Below are positions 37,223 through 45,879 of a DNA stretch of 64,000 nt, piece after piece. The notes below the pieces were generated by a model. That model did not search any database. It was not told the DNA's origin and was given only the letters and a program-made list of their open reading frames with translations. Location of the stretch: NCBI GenBank assembly GCA_000990565.1, contig LBQC01000002.1, forward strand, positions 6,182 through 70,181. The letters are read 5' to 3'. Made by a program: the position numbers and the translations under genes. The DNA comes from Candidatus Roizmanbacteria bacterium GW2011_GWA2_35_19. Lineage in GTDB: Bacteria; Patescibacteriota; Microgenomatia; UBA1406; GWC2-37-13. Positions within the stretch are counted from its first letter, which is position 1. Every line of letters begins with the position of its first letter.

Positions 37223-39691
37223 ATGTGGCGTAACAAAATCTGCATTGATAAAAAGTTTTTATTCGTTTTTTTGTTATTATTATCATTTATATCAGCTAGT
37301 TTTTTAACCAAATCAAAAATATTATTCAAAAGTAAAGCAAGTCCTAAGAATTCTTCATTAGGTTCAACCTTATTAAGAAATAGCCCGAATGATTTAATCG
37401 CTGACTTAATATTAGGACACAGCGACTTTGGCGAAGTTATACCAAAAGAAACAGTCCCATTCAAATTGGCAGGTCCTGGTGGTGTAGCGGTTGATAAAAG
37501 TATTAAACCATACCGAGTGTACGTGTTTGATGGTCAAAATAGTAGGATTTTAGGGTATAAACATCTTGGTTATTGTTCAACTGATTCTAATAGACCGTGC
37601 ACGGGAGATAGTGATTGCGAAAGTGTCGTCGGTCAAGGTAGACCAACAAAAATTGGAAAATGTAATATTGATCTAGGAAAGGATGGAACTAAGCTTCCGG
37701 ACTTAGTAATTGGTCAAAATAGTTTTTATGGAAAATCATCATGTAATCAAGACGCTTCTTTTCAAAGTTATCCAGTTAAAATATCTTCAAGTGGATCAAC
37801 GATTTGTAGTATTAGAGACGATGAACATAGCTATTTTGAAGGGGGATCGACTGCTCATATGTTTATAGATAAAGCTGGAAATTTATATTTTCCAGATAGT
37901 TTTAATAATAGGGTTTTAAAATATATCAATCCGTTTGAGACTGACACAATTGCTGACGATGTCTGGGGTCAACTAGATTATAAATCAAGAAGCTGCAATA
38001 AGGATAAAAATGCACCTGATGAATCAACTTTATGTTTAGGAATTAATTTTGCAAAATCTGGGGTTGATATAGATAATTTAGGTAATTTATGGATTGCTGA
38101 CGTCGGCAATAATAGAGTTTTACGATTTAAAAATGTGAATGGTGTTATTCAAAAAGCTGCGGATTTAGTACTAGGTCAAAAAGATTTTTTTAGCAATATT
38201 GCTGGTAACTCTCTAAATAATTTAAATTCTCCATCTGCCATAAGAGTAGACAGTAAAGGTAGACCAATTGTATTAGACTCCTTCAATAACCGAGTATTAA
38301 TTTATGACTCGAATGCTACTAGTGGTGGCAATGGTAGAATTTTACAGACTGGCGAGCTTCCTCAATCTTTACTTATCGTTGAGACAAAACCAGAATTTAA
38401 TAGAATTGTAGTTTCTTATAAAGATAAAATAATAATTAAAGACTATAACAAAGAATGGAAGAATGTTCAAAACGCAACTGCGATTATAAAAAATATTATA
38501 GACTCCCACGGAGAAATAGGCTCAATTACAGAAAATAGTTTTTTGATACCTGTTTCTGGAGGATCGCAAAATATCCTTTATCTTCGATCTATTTATGATA
38601 ACGGCGATTTTTTATATAAAAAGCCTGACTCTTTTGATAATGGAGAGGATAATCATAACTATATTGGTATGTCGGGTTTTAGATCATTACGAGGAGTTAC
38701 GGTAACGGATTCTCAAGTGATTGTAAGCGACACTAATAGATTAGCTTTTTGGAATAATATTAACCTTAACACCTTAACAAAGGGAAAAGAATATGATGGT
38801 TATTTTGGCAATTTTGAAGCGAATTTAAAATTTCGACATGATAGTTCTTCGTACATGAGAATTTTTGCTGACGAAAAGGTACTATGGGCTATAGTAAATA
38901 ATTTTAATGCTGCAGATTCTAACACTATTGAGCAATATCATTTACCTGTAAAGAAAAATGATAGGCCTTTTAATATTATTAAGTTGAATGAATTGCTAGT
39001 GGAAGGTAAGAAGGTAGATAAAAATTTTATTAGTATTGCATCTGATATCTATGTAGATGATAAAAAAGGATATATTTGGTTATCATTACCTTTTAACGAT
39101 AGAGTTATTAGGATAAAAATACCAAGTTCAGGAAATGAGTATATCGTCGATTTGATTATAGGAGGAAAAGATATTCCTGACATAATTTTACCCATATGGG
39201 GAAGAAAGTGCGATGCAAATAAAGATTTCCCAAAAACTCTATGTTATCCTGGCTCAATTGCTTTTGACAAAAATGGAGATCTTTATATTTCGGAACATTA
39301 CTTAGAAAATTTTGGTGGAGGAAGGTTGATTAAATATAGTAAAGATGTAATTTCTAAAGAAAACATTACATCAATTCCTATATCGCAAATGTCAGAGAAT
39401 GCAGAGGTTATTTTCTATAATTTTAATGGATGGAAACCGAGCTTTAATTCAAAGAATGTTATGGTTTATGGAAAAAATGGTTTAGACGGACCAGACTCTC
39501 GATTTTTAAATTTTGTGAATGATATTTCTAATCAGAAAGGTCAAAAAGGAATCAACATTTACTTAAATAATAATGGGCAGTTAAAGGATTTTTATGCTCA
39601 ACCTTTTTCAACATATTTTGATAAAAACGATAATTTGTATGTAACTGACCTAAATAGAGGAAGTCTCTACATTTATAAAAAACCTTTTTAG
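37223..39691 (+). CDS. Secreted or membrane-anchored NHL-repeat beta-propeller protein
   Basis: N-terminal TM helix, repeated GNLYFPDSFNNRVL / GNLWIADVGNNRVL / ADLVLGQ units, and Cys-rich inserts. Confidence 0.85.
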   Translation: MWRNKICIDKKFLFVFLLLLSFISASFLTKSKILFKSKASPKNSSLGSTLLRNSPNDLIADLILGHSDFGEVIPKETVPFKLAGPGGVAVDKSIKPYRVYVFDGQNSRILGYKHLGYCSTDSNRPCTGDSDCESVVGQGRPTKIGKCNIDLGKDGTKLPDLVIGQNSFYGKSSCNQDASFQSYPVKISSSGSTICSIRDDEHSYFEGGSTAHMFIDKAGNLYFPDSFNNRVLKYINPFETDTIADDVWGQLDYKSRSCNKDKNAPDESTLCLGINFAKSGVDIDNLGNLWIADVGNNRVLRFKNVNGVIQKAADLVLGQKDFFSNIAGNSLNNLNSPSAIRVDSKGRPIVLDSFNNRVLIYDSNATSGGNGRILQTGELPQSLLIVETKPEFNRIVVSYKDKIIIKDYNKEWKNVQNATAIIKNIIDSHGEIGSITENSFLIPVSGGSQNILYLRSIYDNGDFLYKKPDSFDNGEDNHNYIGMSGFRSLRGVTVTDSQVIVSDTNRLAFWNNINLNTLTKGKEYDGYFGNFEANLKFRHDSSSYMRIFADEKVLWAIVNNFNAADSNTIEQYHLPVKKNDRPFNIIKLNELLVEGKKVDKNFISIASDIYVDDKKGYIWLSLPFNDRVIRIKIPSSGNEYIVDLIIGGKDIPDIILPIWGRKCDANKDFPKTLCYPGSIAFDKNGDLYISEHYLENFGGGRLIKYSKDVISKENITSIPISQMSENAEVIFYNFNGWKPSFNSKNVMVYGKNGLDGPDSRFLNFVNDISNQKGQKGINIYLNNNGQLKDFYAQPFSTYFDKNDNLYVTDLNRGSLYIYKKPF

Positions 39692-39959
39692 AAGTTAACT
39701 TAAAATACATAGTTAATATTTATTTGCAGACAAATAATTACTTAGTATATAAATAAATCCAGTAAGGAAAAAAATAGGAAAGTGTAAGGCTGGAGAGTTA
39801 TTAATAGAATTTGCAACTGATGACTATTCATTTTAATCATAATTTGTTGGCCCCTTTAACACGCAATAAGCTAAAAGGATGTAAATTATAAAAAAAGTTG
39901 TATAAATTAGTATCATATAAACAAAATTTACCTTACATTCACTCTTTCTGCTTGAAGGT

Positions 39960-39986
39960 TATATTACCTAATCCTGAAGATTCTGA
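39960..39986. repeat. 27-bp direct repeat, left copy
   Basis: TATATTACCTAATCCTGAAGATTCTGA is identical to 45803-45829; both copies are preceded by TGCTTGA. Confidence 0.9.
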
Positions 39987-39990
39987 GTTG

Positions 39991-41298
39991 TTATATTTCG
40001 TTAGAGAAAGAAAAACCCCTTCTTTTAAGTGTGGTTAATTTTTGTCCTGAAAAACCGATATTAGAGAGTTTTTTCCTTAAAACCGATATTATTTTATCAA
40101 TAGACCAATCTGAATATTTATCAATATAATTTTTTCCCCATAAAATCCTTCCTATTTCATCACGTGAAATTACTTTATTTTCGTTCTTAATAAAATAAGT
40201 AAACATTTTAAATTCCTGTAAGGTGAATTTGTCTCCGCAACTTTTCCCACCAAAAAATATTCGGTCAGTTTTTTCGTCATAAATTATCTTTTCTTTCGGA
40301 ACTTGTGAACGAATAAAATGGTCGAATATCTGACCAAAAATCACATAATGATTATCTTCAGATTTCTTAACAATGCCCGTTTTAACAAGAAAATCACTTT
40401 TGGGTAAAAGACTTTGTGGGATATCACCCGATACGCATATTTTTGTCAAAATTTCCTTTTCAAAATCATTTAAACTATGCCAAATATCGAAACATATATT
40501 CTTTAATTGATGGTTATTAAGAAGATAAAGCTTAGTTTCTGCCAAACTTATAATTTTACCTACCTTATTTTCTTTTAATATATGCGTACAATACTTTAAA
40601 AGTTGAGCGTGTCCACCGCAAAGCTCATATATCAGCTTTTTAAGATTGTCTCCAATTTTAACCGATAATTTTTCTTCAATACTATCAAAAATATATGCGC
40701 TTTCCTTTTGATTAAGTAATTCATTATAGTAGGAGCTTTGAGTAACAGCATACTTAAAGTTATGCAATTTATCTAAAATACTATTTTCGAGTAAATTAAC
40801 ACTGGAGAAAAAAAGAAAATTGACTCGATTCTTATTAACTGCTAATACTGACTCAAGGTTACGAAAAATGGTCTCAGGAAATTGCAGTAAAAATTCAAAG
40901 TCGTTTAGTAAAAATATTATGCAATATCCTTTAGTTATCAATAATTCGAGACCCACCTTTATTGAGGAGAATGTAGAATCTAAATTGGGCGGTAATTTTA
41001 AATTCAACTTTTTTATTTGAATATTAATTGAGTTTAGTATCAGGGATAGGTAATTATCGCTTGAAGCATTAGACATTTGGTCAGGATTAATGTAGATGAA
41101 CAATGTTTTTTTATAGGTTTTACCGAATATTTTATGAATAATTGTTTTTTCATTTAAAAAATAATTTATTAAAGTCCTTCGACCAGATCCTTCCACAAAA
41201 AAGCAAGTTAAACAAAGTTTATTTTTGATCGGAATAAACATCTTATTGGCTATTTTTTCCAACGAATCTTTTGGTAAAGGGTCTTTAAGTGTTATCAT
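39991..41298 (-). CDS. Degenerate P-loop (AAA/STAND-like) protein with C-terminal OmpR-type winged helix
   Basis: Degenerate Walker A GSGRRT, Walker B FLLNDFE, LCGGHAQL, and C-terminal VISRDEIGRILWG...SDWSIDKIISVLRKKL...TLKRRGF. Confidence 0.8.
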   Translation of the reverse strand: MITLKDPLPKDSLEKIANKMFIPIKNKLCLTCFFVEGSGRRTLINYFLNEKTIIHKIFGKTYKKTLFIYINPDQMSNASSDNYLSLILNSINIQIKKLNLKLPPNLDSTFSSIKVGLELLITKGYCIIFLLNDFEFLLQFPETIFRNLESVLAVNKNRVNFLFFSSVNLLENSILDKLHNFKYAVTQSSYYNELLNQKESAYIFDSIEEKLSVKIGDNLKKLIYELCGGHAQLLKYCTHILKENKVGKIISLAETKLYLLNNHQLKNICFDIWHSLNDFEKEILTKICVSGDIPQSLLPKSDFLVKTGIVKKSEDNHYVIFGQIFDHFIRSQVPKEKIIYDEKTDRIFFGGKSCGDKFTLQEFKMFTYFIKNENKVISRDEIGRILWGKNYIDKYSDWSIDKIISVLRKKLSNIGFSGQKLTTLKRRGFSFSNEI

Positions 41299-41396
41299 CG
41301 GTATTCAGAATTGAGTAAGGATTTACTCAGATTAGCTTATTTTATCTTCGACAACATAAAAAGTCAAATATTTTTGACTTGGATAAATAGTTATAT

Positions 41397-42410
41397 TTAA
41401 ACAGCAAGGTAATTGAGCCATATAATTGGCATAACATCTCGATAGCCAATAGATCGTGTCAGATTAATGGAAAAGGAATTTGCATCAGCTACGACAAGTT
41501 GATTTCCTGGAGTTTTGAAATAATCATCTAATAACGCTACTCTAGCTGCAGTTGCGTATCCCTTCCCTCTTTCATTTACATCAGTTTTTGTATCTCCTGA
41601 TATAAAAATGGAAAATAATTCTGATTCAATATCAATTATTATCTTTAACGGATAACCGCCAACAAGGGCTATAAGTTTATCATCCCTGAAGACACCAGTA
41701 TGATTCCCTAAACTTAATCGTTCTGCCGAGATTTTTGTATCAGAAAGTTGGTTAACTGACTCAGCGTCCGCTATATCTAATTTTCTCATATGTAAACCAA
41801 CAGAACCTCTAACGCTCTGTGATATTTTGGTCAATTTCTCAGGATGATGGTAGTTCCGAGAGTTCATTACAATCTGTGTAGTCTGAGAAGAATCACCAGC
41901 TGTAAAATCCGTCGGTGAAATCATTTCGTTCACTGTTTGTTTGGAAAAAAGTAAGCCATTAAGAACAAATTTAATTCCGTTTTGTGCGTTTTCATTTGAC
42001 GCATTTATTAATGGTACGTTTTTAACAAATTCTTTAATTGGTTCACTAGCTCCATAACAATAATAAATAGTATTTCCCTGGTGTCGCGGCAGATATTCCA
42101 TTACTAAGCCTGTTTTTCCTTTGCTTTCCAAAATTAACCAATTGCATCTATTTTTAAGTTCCTGGTCATAAAGATTAAAAATTGGCAAAGATGCTCTTGC
42201 GGCAATATTTTCGCTTCGAGTTTTTTTGTCGAATTTTATAGGAAAGCTCTCATATATTTCGGAAGTAACTGCATTTATAATTGTTCTATGGACAACATCG
42301 ATAGTTTCTGATTTAAGTTTTTCACCGTTAAATCGAAATATTTTAGCTCCCGAAAGATCATAATATTTATCGGGTAAAACTCCAAAATATAAATTAGGCC
42401 TTTCGGGCAT
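41397..42410 (-). CDS. GNAT-family acetyltransferase (C-terminal domain)
   Basis: TDVNERGKGYATA acetyl-CoA binding motif A, followed by N..S..L...IGY. Confidence 0.7.
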   Translation of the reverse strand: MPERPNLYFGVLPDKYYDLSGAKIFRFNGEKLKSETIDVVHRTIINAVTSEIYESFPIKFDKKTRSENIAARASLPIFNLYDQELKNRCNWLILESKGKTGLVMEYLPRHQGNTIYYCYGASEPIKEFVKNVPLINASNENAQNGIKFVLNGLLFSKQTVNEMISPTDFTAGDSSQTTQIVMNSRNYHHPEKLTKISQSVRGSVGLHMRKLDIADAESVNQLSDTKISAERLSLGNHTGVFRDDKLIALVGGYPLKIIIDIESELFSIFISGDTKTDVNERGKGYATAARVALLDDYFKTPGNQLVVADANSFSINLTRSIGYRDVMPIIWLNYLAV

Positions 42411-42489
42411 GTATTGATTATAACAAAAATAACCCTATAATATTGATAATTATACTTAATAATGATAAAATTCTGTATTTTTTCAAGGT

Positions 42490-45400
42490 ATGGGAACAGA
42501 AGAAAAATACGATTTAATCAATAATCACAAGACTTCAATAGGAGAAGTTATCCAGATTCTTTGCCCTTCAGAAAAACCCAGAGAATTTACTTTTGGTGAA
42601 ATGTTTTCTGAGATATTTAGACCTCATTTTAAATATTTTAGGCAGATACATGCAACAATAGATGGAGTTTATCTACCTGCAAAAACCCGTGAAATAGAAA
42701 AAAATTTCAAACTGGTTGATTTTTCAAATAGTCAAGAGGCTGGATTAAACCTAGCGTCCTTATTGGCTGTAAGCGCCGCCTTACAAGGATCAAGAATCAG
42801 TGTTCAAAAAAAATGTGAAGAGTGGGGAATTCCTGAAATTGAAAGGCCAATGAGCTATGAGGACTCTTTTAAAAGCGAACTTGAAGCTTGGATAAAAAAG
42901 AGCGGTGAAAATGCCTTAAAAACAAGTTTTAAAGATTCGAATAAGGTTTCATTTTATATTGCATTATCCGAAATGATTGGAATGTATTTAAAAGGAAATA
43001 ATCCAAGAGAAGCTTTTGATTATTTTATGAAGTCAGAGCATAATATCAAAGGTTTTTCAATATTTGCCAGCTATTTTCCAAATATTGCTTCTTTGATAGA
43101 TGAAAGAGGAATTAGAGAAATGCTGATAAAAGATTTAAGAAGAGATTTGAGCTTTGAGAATGTGCTAAGGGGTTTTATTCAAAATAATCCTACTAAATTC
43201 TTTACCATTCAAAGTGGAATAGAAATAGCTATTTTATTAGACTTTCCAATTGAAGTAATAAAAAAACTAACAAGCATAGAGGAAGAAAATCCGAATATAT
43301 ACATTGACTGGAGCGGCTCTAAAGAAGCGATCATAAATGAAATACTGAGTCGCGATTTTGCAGAAAAGCCTGAAGTTAAGGCGTTGCCAGAAGAACGATT
43401 TTCGGATAAGTTAGTTTTACCAGAAAACTTTGGAATGAAGAGAAATATAACAGAAACAAACTTCATGAGAGAATATTTTGGAAAGACAGACGCAATTGTT
43501 ATTTCGCCTGAGCAAATAAGGAAGAACCCGAGTAAATTTTGGGAATACCAAAGAGCGTTGGTATTTGAAATTGCTGAAAATCAGGGAATTAAAATAGACG
43601 AAGGAATCGAGTTGCCTTTACCGATAAATTACGATCAAGATCAAGTGCGATCTTTTAGATCCACAGAAAAATTATTAAAAGATATGAGTGATTGGGTTTG
43701 GCTACTACTATACCCTAAAGTACAAGAAGAATTTTTTAAAAGGATGCCATACTTAAGAGTGCCTCCATATGTGTTAATTGACGGTAAAGCAGTTTCGGTA
43801 CTAGATATGGAAAGGCAGAAGGAAATCAAAGCAATCATGCTTGAAGATGAACAAAAAGTTATTAATGAACTGCCATTTTTGAATACTGTTGATACAGAGC
43901 TTTTTACTCGAGGAAGGCAGAATAGATTTACTCGAAATTTAACATTACCTGGTTTGTTTATTCAAAATATTATCAACAAAAAAGGTTTTGTCTTAATAAA
44001 CCATGGAATAGCTCGATGGACTCTTGGGAATTGGGGAAAAAATTTTGATTTAGATAAATTAGGATATGCAGCTTTTGGAAGAGGGTCTTTTGATCATTTG
44101 CCCGTGGTTGATGTCGATATGTTAGTTTTTGGAGTTCCGCAGACCCTAGGTGAAATTGGTAGCGAAATAGTAAAAAGGATAAACCAGCATGTTGCAGGAG
44201 TTGTAATAAGCAATCAAATGAAAGGGATGAGCATGGGTAAAGTTGACTACACGTTTATGGTAAAAAGGGATAATAGCCGTAGTATGTATAGAATCTTGGC
44301 TGATCCCTATCTGCTCGCCCATTCTAAAGCCTGCATTATGCAGGCTCTCAGAGGCTGGCAAGGTGGAAAACCCAAGCAAAAAACAGACTTATTAGTTGAA
44401 TCTCTTGTTGGTTTTTCACAAATTAGAACTTTTGGCTTACTGCCAGAAATAGTTAATGATGCCAATGGTCACGTATCTTTTGCTGTTAAACCGATCGATG
44501 TCTTCGGCGGACTAATGGATTATATGGAGGCTGGTGGGGGAATGGAGGTACTTGGCAAAAGGAAAAACGCAATAAGATTTTTGTCAATGGAGCGAGCATT
44601 TTCTGCCGACTCAATCTGGCATGCTTTGAGAACTATTGGAGACATGGTTTATACAACCGGCGGAGCGGTTCCTCTTCCTGGATTAATAGAAATATCTAGC
44701 GAAAAAACAAATTTTGATGAAGTAATCTTAGAATCAGTGGGCCGATTTAGAAGCATTCTTCAGCCTATTTATCAATATGCTGAAGCTATAAGAAATGGAA
44801 ACGTACGATTGGACGATGTGGTTATAAAAGACTTAAGACGAGAATTAATAAAAAGCGCTCAGGGTTTTATTGAGCATGATCCCAATCAGTTTTTAACATT
44901 AGCCTCAGATGAAACCTCCTTTGATAAGGTGAATATACTATTTGGACTTGAATTAAGTCGATTTTATCCACACTTAGATTTATTAAGGAAAAATAAACTA
45001 ATCTGGCAAATCATAAAAGAAGCCGTACAAACACAAGAAAAACTTCCAGAAGAATCAGCCACTCATTTTTTAGCAAGGACAATATTGGGAATTCAAAGCG
45101 AACCAAGAATTCTTTCGATAATAGCCGATAGTATTAGAGAAGAATTTAGAAAAAACCCCTTTAGAACCGCAAATAAACTGACGACTTTTAAGAAGGTAAA
45201 TGGAAACGAGGAGTCATTTATTGCACATGGTATGATAACGAGAGCTAATTGGGGATTATTAGATCCCTATGGATTAGGATTATATGCAGGTGGCCACAAT
45301 ACTTATACCTGGTTTGACCTCATAGAATTTATTGGGAGTGGGCGATATTCTGAAATCGCACGAGATTTGAGCCAAAATGCAAATATTTTTAAGGTTTTAG

Positions 45401-45534
45401 ATAATTATGGAAAGTGGGGGCATAAAGTAGATAACACTCGATTAAGATTCTCAGGAAAGGGTACGTCTTTATCTAAAATTACAAAAGACCAAATTGAAGC
45501 TTTATCTGATTGGTTAATAGATCCGGGCTTTTAA
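42490..45534 (+). CDS. Large hypothetical protein with a possible class II nucleotidyltransferase-like domain
   Basis: 1014-aa ORF; the segments NHGIARWTLG...DVDMLV and IDVFGGLMDY...IRFL...FSADSIWHALR resemble CCA-adding/poly(A) polymerase motifs. Confidence 0.6.
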   Translation: MGTEEKYDLINNHKTSIGEVIQILCPSEKPREFTFGEMFSEIFRPHFKYFRQIHATIDGVYLPAKTREIEKNFKLVDFSNSQEAGLNLASLLAVSAALQGSRISVQKKCEEWGIPEIERPMSYEDSFKSELEAWIKKSGENALKTSFKDSNKVSFYIALSEMIGMYLKGNNPREAFDYFMKSEHNIKGFSIFASYFPNIASLIDERGIREMLIKDLRRDLSFENVLRGFIQNNPTKFFTIQSGIEIAILLDFPIEVIKKLTSIEEENPNIYIDWSGSKEAIINEILSRDFAEKPEVKALPEERFSDKLVLPENFGMKRNITETNFMREYFGKTDAIVISPEQIRKNPSKFWEYQRALVFEIAENQGIKIDEGIELPLPINYDQDQVRSFRSTEKLLKDMSDWVWLLLYPKVQEEFFKRMPYLRVPPYVLIDGKAVSVLDMERQKEIKAIMLEDEQKVINELPFLNTVDTELFTRGRQNRFTRNLTLPGLFIQNIINKKGFVLINHGIARWTLGNWGKNFDLDKLGYAAFGRGSFDHLPVVDVDMLVFGVPQTLGEIGSEIVKRINQHVAGVVISNQMKGMSMGKVDYTFMVKRDNSRSMYRILADPYLLAHSKACIMQALRGWQGGKPKQKTDLLVESLVGFSQIRTFGLLPEIVNDANGHVSFAVKPIDVFGGLMDYMEAGGGMEVLGKRKNAIRFLSMERAFSADSIWHALRTIGDMVYTTGGAVPLPGLIEISSEKTNFDEVILESVGRFRSILQPIYQYAEAIRNGNVRLDDVVIKDLRRELIKSAQGFIEHDPNQFLTLASDETSFDKVNILFGLELSRFYPHLDLLRKNKLIWQIIKEAVQTQEKLPEESATHFLARTILGIQSEPRILSIIADSIREEFRKNPFRTANKLTTFKKVNGNEESFIAHGMITRANWGLLDPYGLGLYAGGHNTYTWFDLIEFIGSGRYSEIARDLSQNANIFKVLDNYGKWGHKVDNTRLRFSGKGTSLSKITKDQIEALSDWLIDPGF

Positions 45535-45802
45535 CTGTAAATAAAAATGAGAAAGTAAGTAATCAAAATAAACGAAAATAATGGATTAATGTATTCCACG
45601 ACGTTTAATGAACTTTTAATAAATAACCTTTTTTAAATTTCGTTCTACTGGCATTTCTTATGGTCTCTTGTTGGATATACCAGTAATAAATTCTTTGATT
45701 AGAAACAACTGTCCTTAGATTTTGAAAAGTTCTCTGTTTCATATTCATATTAAACTTTTAATAATTTATTTTATAAATTGGTTATAGGCTATGCTTGAGT
45801 GG

Positions 45803-45829
45803 TATATTACCTAATCCTGAAGATTCTGA
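45803..45829. repeat. 27-bp direct repeat, right copy
   Basis: Identical to 39960-39986. Confidence 0.9.
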
Positions 45830-45879
45830 TAGAGAATGCAGATTGTTTTTCAAAGTCGCTTTTACTATAATCTACTGAT

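Noticed and set aside
45830-45879. T-box riboswitch upstream of ileS or metG
   Set aside because: A -10 box lies within about 10 nt of each ATG, and no T-box motif or terminator is visible.
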